Shown: positions 9,967 to 18,623, counted from the stretch's first letter. The stretch is DNA of 64,000 bases from Candidatus Acetothermia bacterium (GCA_016179105.1 JACOSB010000054.1:84-64083); one strand, 5' to 3'. Notes: generated by a model from the sequence alone, not told the origin. Translations and numbers: made by a program.

Positions 9967-10275
9967 CTAGTGAGTTACCGACTCCTTCAAAGGAATCGCT
10001 ACTGTGAGGACGCCATCGGCCAACTTGGCCTCGATCTCGTTCGGGTTATTCAGTTGCTCAGGTAACGGGAAGATTCTCTGGAAGCGGCCATAGCGCCGGC
10101 CGATTCTCACATAGTTCTCCTGGTGGACCTTCTCGTTGCGCTTGGTCTCGCCCTCGATGGTGAGCCGTCCGTCCCCGACGCGCTCTAAATCGCGGATCGA
10201 CCAAAGCACCGGAATCATATCGTCGGCGATCTCTTTCGCTTCTTCACGGTGAGCCTTGCAAGTCAGCTCTTGCAT
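9967..10275 (-). pseudogene. Hsp20/alpha-crystallin remnant
   Basis: C-terminal half recognisable (LTIEGE...RRYGRFQRIFPLP...IEAKLADGVLTVAIP); N-terminal half does not resemble Hsp20. Confidence 0.6.
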
Positions 10276-10325
10276 CTCGCGCCAGGCACTTTTATAGTAA
10301 GAGCCAGAAAAAGGAGAGATGGCTT

Positions 10326-11348
10326 ATGCGCTGGTACACTCGCCCCGCCCTCGTCATCGCTAGTTGCACTAGTGTTTTATTGTTCAATCCTGCAACACAA
10401 TCTTCTCTAAGCCAGATCGAGCCCATCCAGCCCGACCCGGCCAATGCCCCCAAAATTATCTCCATCGAGTTCCCAGCACAGATCGTCCCCGACGGCAAAG
10501 CCGTCCAGGGCAAAGTGAACTTCGAAGCCCCCAAAGCCGACATCTATCAAGCCGAGTTCAAAATTTTGAAAGCGATCGACCCGAAAGATGGCAGCGACTC
10601 GCGCAACCGCTCCGAACTCCAAGACATTACGTACGACCCTCGCATCAAAGGCCAGTCCAAGGGCAGTTTCCCGTTTACGATAAAAACTAAAATCGAGCAG
10701 ATCGTGACGATCGCGATCACGCTCAGCGGCGAGAGCTCGGGCCGTGGGCCATCCAAAGAGTTTTCGTTCACGGCTCTGATCCCGAGCAGCGTGGGCACGC
10801 TCAAGTGGAGCATTCAAATCGGGACTTCGACGGCCTCGTCTCCCGCGATCGGCTCCGACGGAACGATCTATATTGGCTCGGACGACAACAAACTCTACGC
10901 AATCAATCCCAACAACAACGTCAAATGGACATTCAGAACCAGCGACGACGTCGACTCTTCGCCCGCGATCGGCTCCGATGATGTGATTTACATCGGCTCG
11001 AACGACGGGAAAGTCTATGCGCTTACGCCCGATGGGCGTCAGAAGTGGGCCTTCCCGACGCAAGATCGTGTACAGTCCACGGCTGTCATTGGCAACGACG
11101 GGACGATCTATGTTGGCTCGCAAGACCGGAGAATTTATGCGCTCAACCCCGAGGGGAGCTTAAAAATCACCTTCCCGCTCTCGGGCTCGATCGGAAATTC
11201 TTCCCCCACGATCGGGAGCGACGGGACGGTCTACATCGGCACCGTCGACGGGAAAATTCATGCGATTCTCAGCGTGAGCCAGAATATCGCGAGCTCGCCC
11301 TGGCCGATGTTCTTGAACAATCCAAGACATACGGGATCGGCGAGATAA
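10326..11348 (+). CDS. Secreted protein with PQQ-like beta-propeller repeats
   Basis: N-terminal signal-like segment; four SSPAIGSDGTIYIGS-type repeats; terminal SPWPMF...N..HTG. Confidence 0.85.
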   Translation: MRWYTRPALVIASCTSVLLFNPATQSSLSQIEPIQPDPANAPKIISIEFPAQIVPDGKAVQGKVNFEAPKADIYQAEFKILKAIDPKDGSDSRNRSELQDITYDPRIKGQSKGSFPFTIKTKIEQIVTIAITLSGESSGRGPSKEFSFTALIPSSVGTLKWSIQIGTSTASSPAIGSDGTIYIGSDDNKLYAINPNNNVKWTFRTSDDVDSSPAIGSDDVIYIGSNDGKVYALTPDGRQKWAFPTQDRVQSTAVIGNDGTIYVGSQDRRIYALNPEGSLKITFPLSGSIGNSSPTIGSDGTVYIGTVDGKIHAILSVSQNIASSPWPMFLNNPRHTGSAR

Positions 11349-11407
11349 ACCGCCAAGACGCCAAGGACACAAAGACTTTTCTTGGCGCTCTTGGCGCCTT
11401 GGCGGTT
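11348..11407. repeat. (CGCCAAG)n palindrome, empty copy 1
   Basis: AACCGCCAAGACGCCAAGGACACAAAG-ACTTTT-CTTGGCGCTCTTGGCGCCTTGGCGGTT. Confidence 0.9.
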
Positions 11408-11430
11408 CAATTCTGGTAAAATACTAACGC

Positions 11431-11840
11431 AAGAGGGGTAAAGGGCCGCAATCGTCTGAAAAGATGATTGAGGAAAGTCCGGACTCCATAGGGCCAGTCG
11501 CTCAACGAGACCCGGTGCACTTGTCGGTCAAGTTGAGAGGGAGTGATCCCTGGGCAGGCCACAGAAACCAGACCGCCAACGGCTCTTCTCGAAGAGCGCG
11601 GGCAAGGGTGAAAGGGTGGGGTAAGAGCCCACCGCCAACTCGGGTGACCGGGTTGTGGCTGGCAATCCTCCGGCGGGAGCAAGGCCAAATAGGCAGGCGT
11701 GCGTAGGGACAGTTCACGAACTGCCCCTACCAACGGGCGGCCCGTCCAACGCTCGCAAGAGCGACGTCTGCGGGTAGGCCGCATAGATGGATGGCCCTTA
11801 CGGAAATTTTTTCCGACAGAATCCGGCTTACTCCCCTCTT
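11431..11840 (+). ncRNA. rnpB: RNase P RNA, type A-like
   Basis: GAGGAAAGTCCGG and ACAGAATCCGGCTTA (P4); GGGTGAAAGGGTGGGGTAAGAGCCCACC; GAGCAAGGCCAAATAGG; P1 AAGAGGGG/CCCCTCTT. Confidence 0.95.
11703..11730. repeat. GTAG-type REP-like palindrome inside rnpB
   Basis: GTAGGGACAGTTCACGAACTGCCCCTAC matches the dispersed GTAGGGGCG...CGCCCCTAC family. Confidence 0.8.
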
Positions 11841-11857
11841 CGTTTTGTTTATTCGGA

Positions 11858-11926
11858 AACCGCCAAGGCGCCAAGAGCGCCAAGAAAAGTCTTTGAATTT
11901 CTTTTTGTCCTTGGCGCCTTGGCGGT
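11858..11926. repeat. (CGCCAAG)n palindrome, empty copy 2 (inverted relative to copy 1)
   Basis: First 38 nt are the exact reverse complement of the last 38 nt of copy 1, followed by a 10-nt loop insertion and TGTCCTTGGCGCCTTGGCGGT. Confidence 0.9.
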
Positions 11927-11934
11927 CAATTTTT

Positions 11935-12321
11935 ATGGCACAAACAAAAAAATTTTCGCTCGCGCGGTGGGTCTGGGGTGCGCTCTGGGTCGCGTATGCT
12001 GTGCTTATCTTTTATCTTTCGAGCCAAGCTTTACCAGATGAAGAATCTTTGTTGAAAAAGATTCCCTTCGGTGACAAAGGCACCCACGCGGGCGAGTATT
12101 TTATCTTCGGCTTGCTCACGCTCTTGACGTTTCGACCACGCACTGGGTCAAGGTGGGTCTTCGGTCTACTCATAGCTCTCGGCTATGCTGCTTCTGACGA
12201 GATTCATCAAGCATTTGTTCCCACGCGCGATCCCAGTTTTTTTGATTGGACTGCTGATGCTGTCGGGATTTTGTCGAGTGCACTAGTGTATATTCTCTAT
12301 CCGAAAAATTTGAATCGCTGA
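11935..12321 (+). CDS. VanZ family membrane protein
   Basis: IFYLSSQ, DKGTHAGEY, YAASDEIHQAFVPTR, DWTAD. Start moved to ATG 11935 because the upstream in-frame region is rnpB and repeat. Confidence 0.88.
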   Translation: MAQTKKFSLARWVWGALWVAYAVLIFYLSSQALPDEESLLKKIPFGDKGTHAGEYFIFGLLTLLTFRPRTGSRWVFGLLIALGYAASDEIHQAFVPTRDPSFFDWTADAVGILSSALVYILYPKNLNR

Positions 12322-12323
12322 AG

Positions 12324-12392
12324 CCGCGGAGCAGCACGGAAAACACGGAATGAAGGCAAGTCGTTTTCAGTGACTTCCGTGATTCTATGTGG
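12324..12392. repeat. (CACGGAA)n imperfect palindrome
   Basis: CCGCGGA-CACGGAA-CACGGAA ... TTCAGTG-TTCCGTG-TTCTATGTGG. Confidence 0.6.
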
Positions 12393-12438
12393 AACTCCTC
12401 TCGCTTCGTGTTATAATCTGAGCGTTGGTCATTGACAT

Positions 12439-12802
12439 GGGGGTGCACCGGTTTCGACGGGGGTGCGGCAGGGAGGCTGCAGGCCGAGTTCTCCGTACAC
12501 TCGCTAATCAGACGGAAAGGCATATAAATGCCAACAACTTTGCTGTTGCTGCTCCTTCCCTGAACTAAGCGAAGGAGCATGTTCTGGGTAGCGTTGGGCT
12601 CGTAGCGCTGCGCAGAACACCGACTATACGGGCCTACCTCACGATCGGCCGCGGGCCGTGGGGGAATTCTTAAAGGCGGCTAGGGTCGGCTGATCTTGTC
12701 CGACGGGAGCGACCGATCTGAACTTTAAAGCATCGGACTAAGCCTGTAGATGCCAAACGAAAGCACCTTCGGACGCGGGTTCGATTCCCGCCACCTCCAC
12801 CA
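12439..12802 (+). ncRNA. ssrA: tmRNA
   Basis: 5' GGGGGTG...TTCGAC; 3' GCGGGTTCGATTCCCGCCACCTCCACCA; resume context ATAAAT-GCC; tag frame 12530-12568; TGTTATAAT upstream at about 12409-12417. Confidence 0.95.
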
Positions 12803-12815
12803 CCGAGGACATCTT

Positions 12816-13220
12816 ATGAACCGCCAAGACGCCAAGATAGAACCAAGGTTTGAAATTGATGAGTGGGCCAGATTGGTTATTGGCGCTGCCATCGAGGTGC
12901 ACAAGCATTTAGGACCTGGCTATCTGGAAAGTGTTTATGAAGAAGCACTGGCTATGGAGTTTAATTTGAGATCCGTACCCTTCGAACGACAAAAGCCAAT
13001 AAATGTGACTTATAAAGGACAGCCTGTAGGCGAAAGCCGTCTTGATTTTTTGGTTGATGGATGTCTTATTGTAGAACTGAAAGCGGTAGAAGCTTTTGCT
13101 CCTGTGCATCAAGCTCAAGTCATTTCATACCTAAAAGCTATGAATCTTCAACTCGGTTTGCTCATTAACTTTAATGTCCCTATTCTCAAAGATGGCATTA
13201 AGAGAGTGGTGTTAACATGA
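12816..13220 (+). CDS. GxxExxY protein (PD-(D/E)XK-like nuclease family)
   Basis: GAAIEVHKHLGPGYLESVYEEAL, RLDFLV...IVELKAV, QVISYLK, GLLINF. ATG 12816 after GAGGA. Confidence 0.92.
   Translation: MNRQDAKIEPRFEIDEWARLVIGAAIEVHKHLGPGYLESVYEEALAMEFNLRSVPFERQKPINVTYKGQPVGESRLDFLVDGCLIVELKAVEAFAPVHQAQVISYLKAMNLQLGLLINFNVPILKDGIKRVVLT
12819..12847 (+). repeat. (CGCCAAG)n left arm, encoding the N-terminus of GxxExxY
   Basis: AACCGCCAAGACGCCAAG is identical to the start of copy 1 and encodes NRQDAK. Confidence 0.88.
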
Positions 13221-14545
13221 ATAAAAAATCTTGGCATCCTTGGCGCCTTGGCGGTTATATGATGTTCGGCGTCCTTGGCGCCTTGACGGTTAGCTTAATG
13301 ATCGTTGGGCTGAGTGGGCCAGTATTTGCCCAACAATTGGGACTGGTCAAGCTTGAGGCAACGATCAACCCCGTGACCAAAGACTTCATCGTTCGCGTGA
13401 TCGACGAAGCGAATCGCGACGGCGTTGTCGCGCTGGTGATCCAACTCGACACGCCGGGCGGGTTGCTCGATTCCACCAAAAATATCATCGAAAAGTTTTA
13501 CGAGTCGAAAATCCCGATCGTCGTCTGGGTTGGACCATCCGGCTCACGCGCGGCGTCGGCGGGTTCGCTCATCACCCTTGCTTCTGATATCGCCGCGATG
13601 GCCAGCTCAACTTCGATCGGCGCGGCTCACCCCGTAGGCCTCGGTGGACAAGCTCCCGACAAAGATGACCCCATGACGAAAAAAATAGAAAACTTTGCCT
13701 CGGCTGAAGCCCGTAGCATCGCTGAGAAGCGCGGCCGCCCGGTCGATATTGCCGAAAAATTTGTCCGCGAAAGTCTCTCGCTCACCTCGACCGAAGCGCT
13801 CAACCAAAAAGTCATCGATCTGCTGGCTGACAACTTGGGTGAACTCGCCAAGAAACTAAATGGTTTCAAACTCAAAGACGGCCGCACGCTCACGATCACT
13901 AATTTTAACTACAAAGAGTACACGATGACCTGGAAAGACCAGTTGATGAACTATCTGGCTGACCCGAACATCGTCTACTTCCTGATGTTGATCGGACTTT
14001 ATGGGTTGATCGCGGAAGTTTTTTCGCCCGGACATGGCGTCGGTATTGCGGGCATCATCTGTCTCTTGCTCGCGTTTTTGGGGTTGCAAATCTTGCCCGT
14101 GAATATCGTCGGCATCGTCATGATCTTGGTCGGCGCGGGCATGATGGTCTTGGATATTTTTGCTCAGACCCACTTGGCATTGACAGCGGGAGGTGCCATC
14201 GCTTTGGTCTTAGGCTCGCTCTTCTTGTTCAATTTTGACGAATTTTCTTCACCGGCCTTTGAATTGCCTTGGACCACGATCCTCGTCACCGTCGGGGCAA
14301 TCACCGCGCTCTTCGCTTTTATGATCACGAAAGGCTTGCTCATCCAGCGCAAGAAAGTGACGACGGGCATCGAGGGCATGGTCGGCGCGATTGGCCAAGC
14401 TCGGGATGATTTAGCTCCTGAGGGCATGGTTTTCGTCCAGGGCGAATACTGGAAAGCGCTCTCACAAGAAGGCTCCATTCGCTCAGGAGAAGAGATTACG
14501 GTCGAGTCGATGCGCGACGGAAAGCTCCTCGTGCGCAAGCGTTGA
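13217..14545 (+). CDS. nfeD: NfeD, membrane-bound ClpP-class serine protease
   Basis: LDTPGG, RAASAG, IGAAHPV, transmembrane region, C-terminal OB domain (GMVFVQGEYWKA). Confidence 0.92.
   Translation: MNKKSWHPWRLGGYMMFGVLGALTVSLMIVGLSGPVFAQQLGLVKLEATINPVTKDFIVRVIDEANRDGVVALVIQLDTPGGLLDSTKNIIEKFYESKIPIVVWVGPSGSRAASAGSLITLASDIAAMASSTSIGAAHPVGLGGQAPDKDDPMTKKIENFASAEARSIAEKRGRPVDIAEKFVRESLSLTSTEALNQKVIDLLADNLGELAKKLNGFKLKDGRTLTITNFNYKEYTMTWKDQLMNYLADPNIVYFLMLIGLYGLIAEVFSPGHGVGIAGIICLLLAFLGLQILPVNIVGIVMILVGAGMMVLDIFAQTHLALTAGGAIALVLGSLFLFNFDEFSSPAFELPWTTILVTVGAITALFAFMITKGLLIQRKKVTTGIEGMVGAIGQARDDLAPEGMVFVQGEYWKALSQEGSIRSGEEITVESMRDGKLLVRKR
13230..13291 (-). repeat. Two (CTTGGCG)n right arms after GxxExxY, within the nfeD 5' end
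   Basis: CTTGGCATCCTTGGCGCCTTGGCGGTT (13230-13256) and TTCGGCGTCCTTGGCGCCTTGACGGTT (13265-13291). Confidence 0.88.
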
Positions 14546-14567
14546 GGAGTTGCAGAAAGGGGTATAC

Positions 14568-15119
14568 ATGGTCGTCAATCCTCAGATTAAGCTGAGTTAC
14601 GAAGATTATCAGAATTTGCCCGAGTCGGAGACGAAACGCTATGAGCTCTTGGAGGGAGAGTTGGTGATGGTCCCAGCACCCAATTGGTTTCATCAATCGA
14701 TCGCGCGGGTACTTTTCAAATTCCTGGATAACTTCGTAGGAAAGAACAGTCTCGGGGAGGTTCGCTTTGCCCCGCTGGATGTGGTCCTCTCAGACGAGAT
14801 TGTCGTCCAACCGGACATCATTTACATCTCCAAGCAACGCGCGAAGATCATCCATCAAGAGGAGGTTCGCGGAGCTCCGGATCTCGTGGTCGAAATCCTC
14901 TCGCTGGCCACGGCTAAGCGAGACCGCACCACGAAGAAGACGCTCTATGCCCGCTACGGCGTTACGGAGTACTGGCTGGTCGACCCTGAGACCAACACTG
15001 TGGAAGTGCTTAAGCTGACCGCCCGTGGTTACCGGAGAGCTGGAGTCTACGGTGAAAAGGAGACGCTGCGTTCCCCGCTTTTGCCGGGGCTGGAAATTCC
15101 TCTAAGCAAGGTCTTTTGA
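14568..15119 (+). CDS. Uma2 family endonuclease
   Basis: YEDY..LPESETKRYELLEGELVMVPAP, QPDI, APDLVVEILS, EYWLVDP. Confidence 0.92.
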   Translation: MVVNPQIKLSYEDYQNLPESETKRYELLEGELVMVPAPNWFHQSIARVLFKFLDNFVGKNSLGEVRFAPLDVVLSDEIVVQPDIIYISKQRAKIIHQEEVRGAPDLVVEILSLATAKRDRTTKKTLYARYGVTEYWLVDPETNTVEVLKLTARGYRRAGVYGEKETLRSPLLPGLEIPLSKVF

Positions 15120-15238
15120 GATTGGATCGCGCGCCAGCACTCGTAAAGCATTTTCACCGAAATTTCACCTCACCGCCATCAAATTTGTACCCATTCCCTC
15201 CTAAGATTAGTCCTTATATTTGAGTTAAAGGAGCTAAG

Positions 15239-18200
15239 ATGATGCACTTATTGCTCTCTCTTTTATCAGTGCGAAGATGGACCTGCCTTGCGATAGTTTC
15301 ACTGATTGTTGGCGGGGTGGTCTGGCCGTTTGGGGCTTACGCTTCAGGCTCGCCGGTCGTTTCTTCCCATCCTCGCATCTTGCTCACACCCAGCATCAAA
15401 GCCCAGCTGCTCGCGAAGAAGAACGCGAACGATCCTATGTGGTTGGCGTTGAAAGCAGAAGCTGATGCACTCGTGATGTACTCGATTTTGCAGTACAAAT
15501 ACGCGACGCGCACTCAAGAGCCGGACAATACTATTTTCTATGACTACCAAGGCTCCGGCTGGTATGACGCTGCGATGCCCTTGGCGCTCGCGTTCCAGAT
15601 GACCGGCGACACCAAATACTCGGACAAACTCTTGGCGCTCGCCGACGAGATGCTCCGCGCGCAGTCAGACCCTGCCAATAACCCGCCCAACGGTCGCCCG
15701 CCGCTCCAGCCCGATAATTACTACCCCACCCGCTATTTGGGTCCTGTCATTGCCATTATCTTTGACTGGTGCTACGATCAATTGGGCGCAACGCGCAAAG
15801 CCCAACTCGTCTCTTTGATGAACGCCTATTTTGACGACCTGCGCGCGAACGCTTATCAAGCGAACGACCACGCCGACGGCAATTATTTCGGCGGCCATCT
15901 CGCCGCCGCGGCGTTCATGGGCTATGCGTCCTACGGAGACAACTCACGCGCCCAAGAGATGATCGACTACGCGCGCCTGCGCTTCGACGGCACGCCCAGC
16001 AATCTCGTCGATCCGTCGAACGTTCCCGAAACGAACTTTGCTCAGCTCTTCGAGGGCGGCTACAAGCCGGACATTGCTCTCGGCTGGAATGGGCCGAATA
16101 TCACAACAGCTCCCTTCAAAGGTGGCTTTGACTTTCAAGGCTGGGCCTACGGGACGGGGAACTACGTTCGTATCATTGATTATCTACTTGTCGTAAAAAG
16201 CGCCACGGGCGAAGACTTGGTTGCGCAACACTCATCTTGGTTTTCCCAAATCTTGCGCGCGCAAAAGCACGCGCTCTTGCCCAATCACTTCGAGATTGAC
16301 CCGATGGGCGACTGGGGCGGTAACTTTGGCGATGTCATCATTCGCAGCCTGCCGATCCGCATCGCGTATGTCTTGGCGGGAACTCCCGATGGCCCAGGCG
16401 CACAGCACTTTGCTTCTGCTGAAATCGCGGCACACTCGCCCTATCCCGACTTCTATGACTCTGTGTATCAAAAATATTTTCAGCCCAGCCCCTGGGAAAA
16501 TTTTTACTTCACTGACATGACTCGACCGTCAGAAGAGTTAACACTTCCGCCGTACTACACGGGCTTTGGCCCAGCGTACCCCCAAGCAGGGCAGATCAAC
16601 GGCGCTCTGCCCTATTTTATTATGCGCAGCGACTGGGGGACGAACGCGACCTGGGCTTCGCTCAGCATGGGCGCGGCCTACTATGACGACCACCAGCACC
16701 ACGACGCTGGAAGTTTTTCCATCAAGCACGGCAACGATTATTTGTTGATCGATGCGTCCAATTGGAAAGGCGATGCCGGCTCGATCGGCATCGTCGGTAG
16801 CTCAACTGAAGCAGATGCGACGGCGGCTGCCAACACCCTGTGGCTCAACGATTTCGGTGACTTCCAGAACGATTATTATCTGTACTCCGGCGGCCAAGGA
16901 TTCTGGGGCAAGGATGAAATTGTAGCCGACGAACAGAACGATACTTATTCTTATGTGCGCGGCGATCTCTCGACAGCTTACAACCGCAGCGCAGACCCAG
17001 CCGATCAAGTCGGTCGCCCGATCGAATACTTTTATCGAAGCTTCCTCTATTTGCGCTCGGCCAATCTCTTCATCAGTTACGACCAAGTGAAAGCAAAAAA
17101 CTCCACGAACCCGCTCGGACAATACCACAAGCATATTCGCTGGCATTTCCCGACTCAGCCCGCCATCAACGGGAAACGAGTGCAAGTTAGCCAAGGCGCG
17201 TCGCGTCTTTATCTCGACACGCTCCTGCCTAGCTCAGCGTCGATCACGGCCATCGATGAGTCACACAACCCCGACCCGTGCGACGGCTCAGTCGCCGGTT
17301 GCACGCCCTATGATAATTGGTTCAACAACAGCGGCACCTGGCGCATCGAAGTGAAAGATTCTAATAACCCGCTCTTCATCCCATTTCTGACTGTGATCCA
17401 AGTCGGGGATAATTCAGCTCCGGCGATGAACACGACGCTTCTGAATTCGCTCGATTCAAAGATGGTCGGTGCTCAAATTTCTCAGCCGAACGGGCAAATA
17501 AATATCGTTTTTTTCAACAATCAATCCGGGCAAGTGCCCACCCCTCTTACCAATACTTCGTATAATTTTTCTGGCCCCGACACAGCCATCCACACGCTGA
17601 TGGGCGTCGTGCCCAACGCAAAGTACGCTGTCTCGTTCGCGAACTCAGCCGTCACGGTTGTCCAAGACAATTCCGGGAACTTCACAGCTTCTCCAGCGGG
17701 CGTTTTGCAGTTCACTGTGAATAGCAATGGCGGCGGGGGCGGCGGTCCCACTTCTTTCACGCTCACAGTAAGCAAATCGGGCACGGGCAGTGGGAAAGTC
17801 ACCAGCTCGCTTCCCGGAATAGACTGTGGTCCCCACTGTTCGTTCAGCTATGCCAACAATACCGTCGTCACACTGAAAGCCACGCCGGATGCTAATGCTA
17901 CATTTGACGGCTGGAGCGGGGCGTGCACAAATACAACGGGAGATTGCGCTGTGACGATGGACGCAGCCAAGTCCGTCACAGCGAGTTTTACTCTTATCGT
18001 TGGGACGACTTGCCCCGGCGTGACCGTCTCGGTGAGCCCGAGCTCTGTTACCTATAAGCCAACTGACAGAAAACCGGCGCGCAAAGCGATACGCCTCACC
18101 CTTCTCAACAAGAGCGGCGCGAGCCGCACGGTTACAGAGATTTCAGCACTGCCGGGTGCACTCTTTACGATTGTGAGCATTAGCCCTACGCTCGGGCGAG

Positions 18201-18622
18201 CCATCCCTAACGGACGGCGACTCACTTTTACCGTTCGCACCCAGCGAGGGGCGGGACTGGCCCAAGCCACCGCGAGTCCTCCCTATTTTTCGGTCTCGCT
18301 GGACTGCGGGCTCTTGCCCCAAACTAATTCCTTGCTCTCTCCCGTTCCACTCAGCGTCAACGAGCTCCGTCTAGAACTGAAGAGCGGCCAGTTGTTCTTG
18401 CAGGCCGAGGGAGCGGGAATCGCATCGGTACGATTACAACTCTTCACCCTCGGCGGCCGGATTGTCGTCGATAAGACAAATGAAGAAAATTCACTCACTT
18501 TGTCGGTTGAAGATAACAAAGCCTTGTTGCCGAACGGTATCTATCTTTACGTAGTGAGCGTGCGCGGGCAGAAAGGTGAGCTCTTGCGCAGCGAAGTGCG
18601 AAAAATTGTCGTCATCCGATAA
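15239..18622 (+). CDS. Large secreted protein: heparinase II/III-like lyase region, InlB-B/Flg_new-like repeat, basic Cys-bracketed domain and T9SS-like CTD
   Basis: Signal peptide ending AYA; HPRILL; MRSDW...HQHHDAGSFSI...YLLID; LTVSKSGTGSGKVTS...FDGWSGAC; C-terminal LPNGIYLY...RKIVVIR. Confidence 0.8.
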   Translation: MMHLLLSLLSVRRWTCLAIVSLIVGGVVWPFGAYASGSPVVSSHPRILLTPSIKAQLLAKKNANDPMWLALKAEADALVMYSILQYKYATRTQEPDNTIFYDYQGSGWYDAAMPLALAFQMTGDTKYSDKLLALADEMLRAQSDPANNPPNGRPPLQPDNYYPTRYLGPVIAIIFDWCYDQLGATRKAQLVSLMNAYFDDLRANAYQANDHADGNYFGGHLAAAAFMGYASYGDNSRAQEMIDYARLRFDGTPSNLVDPSNVPETNFAQLFEGGYKPDIALGWNGPNITTAPFKGGFDFQGWAYGTGNYVRIIDYLLVVKSATGEDLVAQHSSWFSQILRAQKHALLPNHFEIDPMGDWGGNFGDVIIRSLPIRIAYVLAGTPDGPGAQHFASAEIAAHSPYPDFYDSVYQKYFQPSPWENFYFTDMTRPSEELTLPPYYTGFGPAYPQAGQINGALPYFIMRSDWGTNATWASLSMGAAYYDDHQHHDAGSFSIKHGNDYLLIDASNWKGDAGSIGIVGSSTEADATAAANTLWLNDFGDFQNDYYLYSGGQGFWGKDEIVADEQNDTYSYVRGDLSTAYNRSADPADQVGRPIEYFYRSFLYLRSANLFISYDQVKAKNSTNPLGQYHKHIRWHFPTQPAINGKRVQVSQGASRLYLDTLLPSSASITAIDESHNPDPCDGSVAGCTPYDNWFNNSGTWRIEVKDSNNPLFIPFLTVIQVGDNSAPAMNTTLLNSLDSKMVGAQISQPNGQINIVFFNNQSGQVPTPLTNTSYNFSGPDTAIHTLMGVVPNAKYAVSFANSAVTVVQDNSGNFTASPAGVLQFTVNSNGGGGGGPTSFTLTVSKSGTGSGKVTSSLPGIDCGPHCSFSYANNTVVTLKATPDANATFDGWSGACTNTTGDCAVTMDAAKSVTASFTLIVGTTCPGVTVSVSPSSVTYKPTDRKPARKAIRLTLLNKSGASRTVTEISALPGALFTIVSISPTLGRAIPNGRRLTFTVRTQRGAGLAQATASPPYFSVSLDCGLLPQTNSLLSPVPLSVNELRLELKSGQLFLQAEGAGIASVRLQLFTLGGRIVVDKTNEENSLTLSVEDNKALLPNGIYLYVVSVRGQKGELLRSEVRKIVVIR

Positions 18623-18623
18623 A

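Noticed and set aside
11407-11896. Several ORFs overlapping 11.4-11.9 kb
   Set aside because: They lie over rnpB and the palindromic repeats and show no protein motifs.
12750-12815. Longer N-terminus for GxxExxY, or a tRNA at 12770-12802
   Set aside because: This is the tRNA-like 3' end of tmRNA; the RBS supports ATG 12816.
11348-13291. CGCCAAG repeats as a CRISPR array
   Set aside because: They are inverted arms of 7-mers with no regular repeat-spacer period.
12803-15119. Integrative element at the ssrA 3' end
   Set aside because: No integrase and no duplicated tmRNA 3' end were seen downstream.
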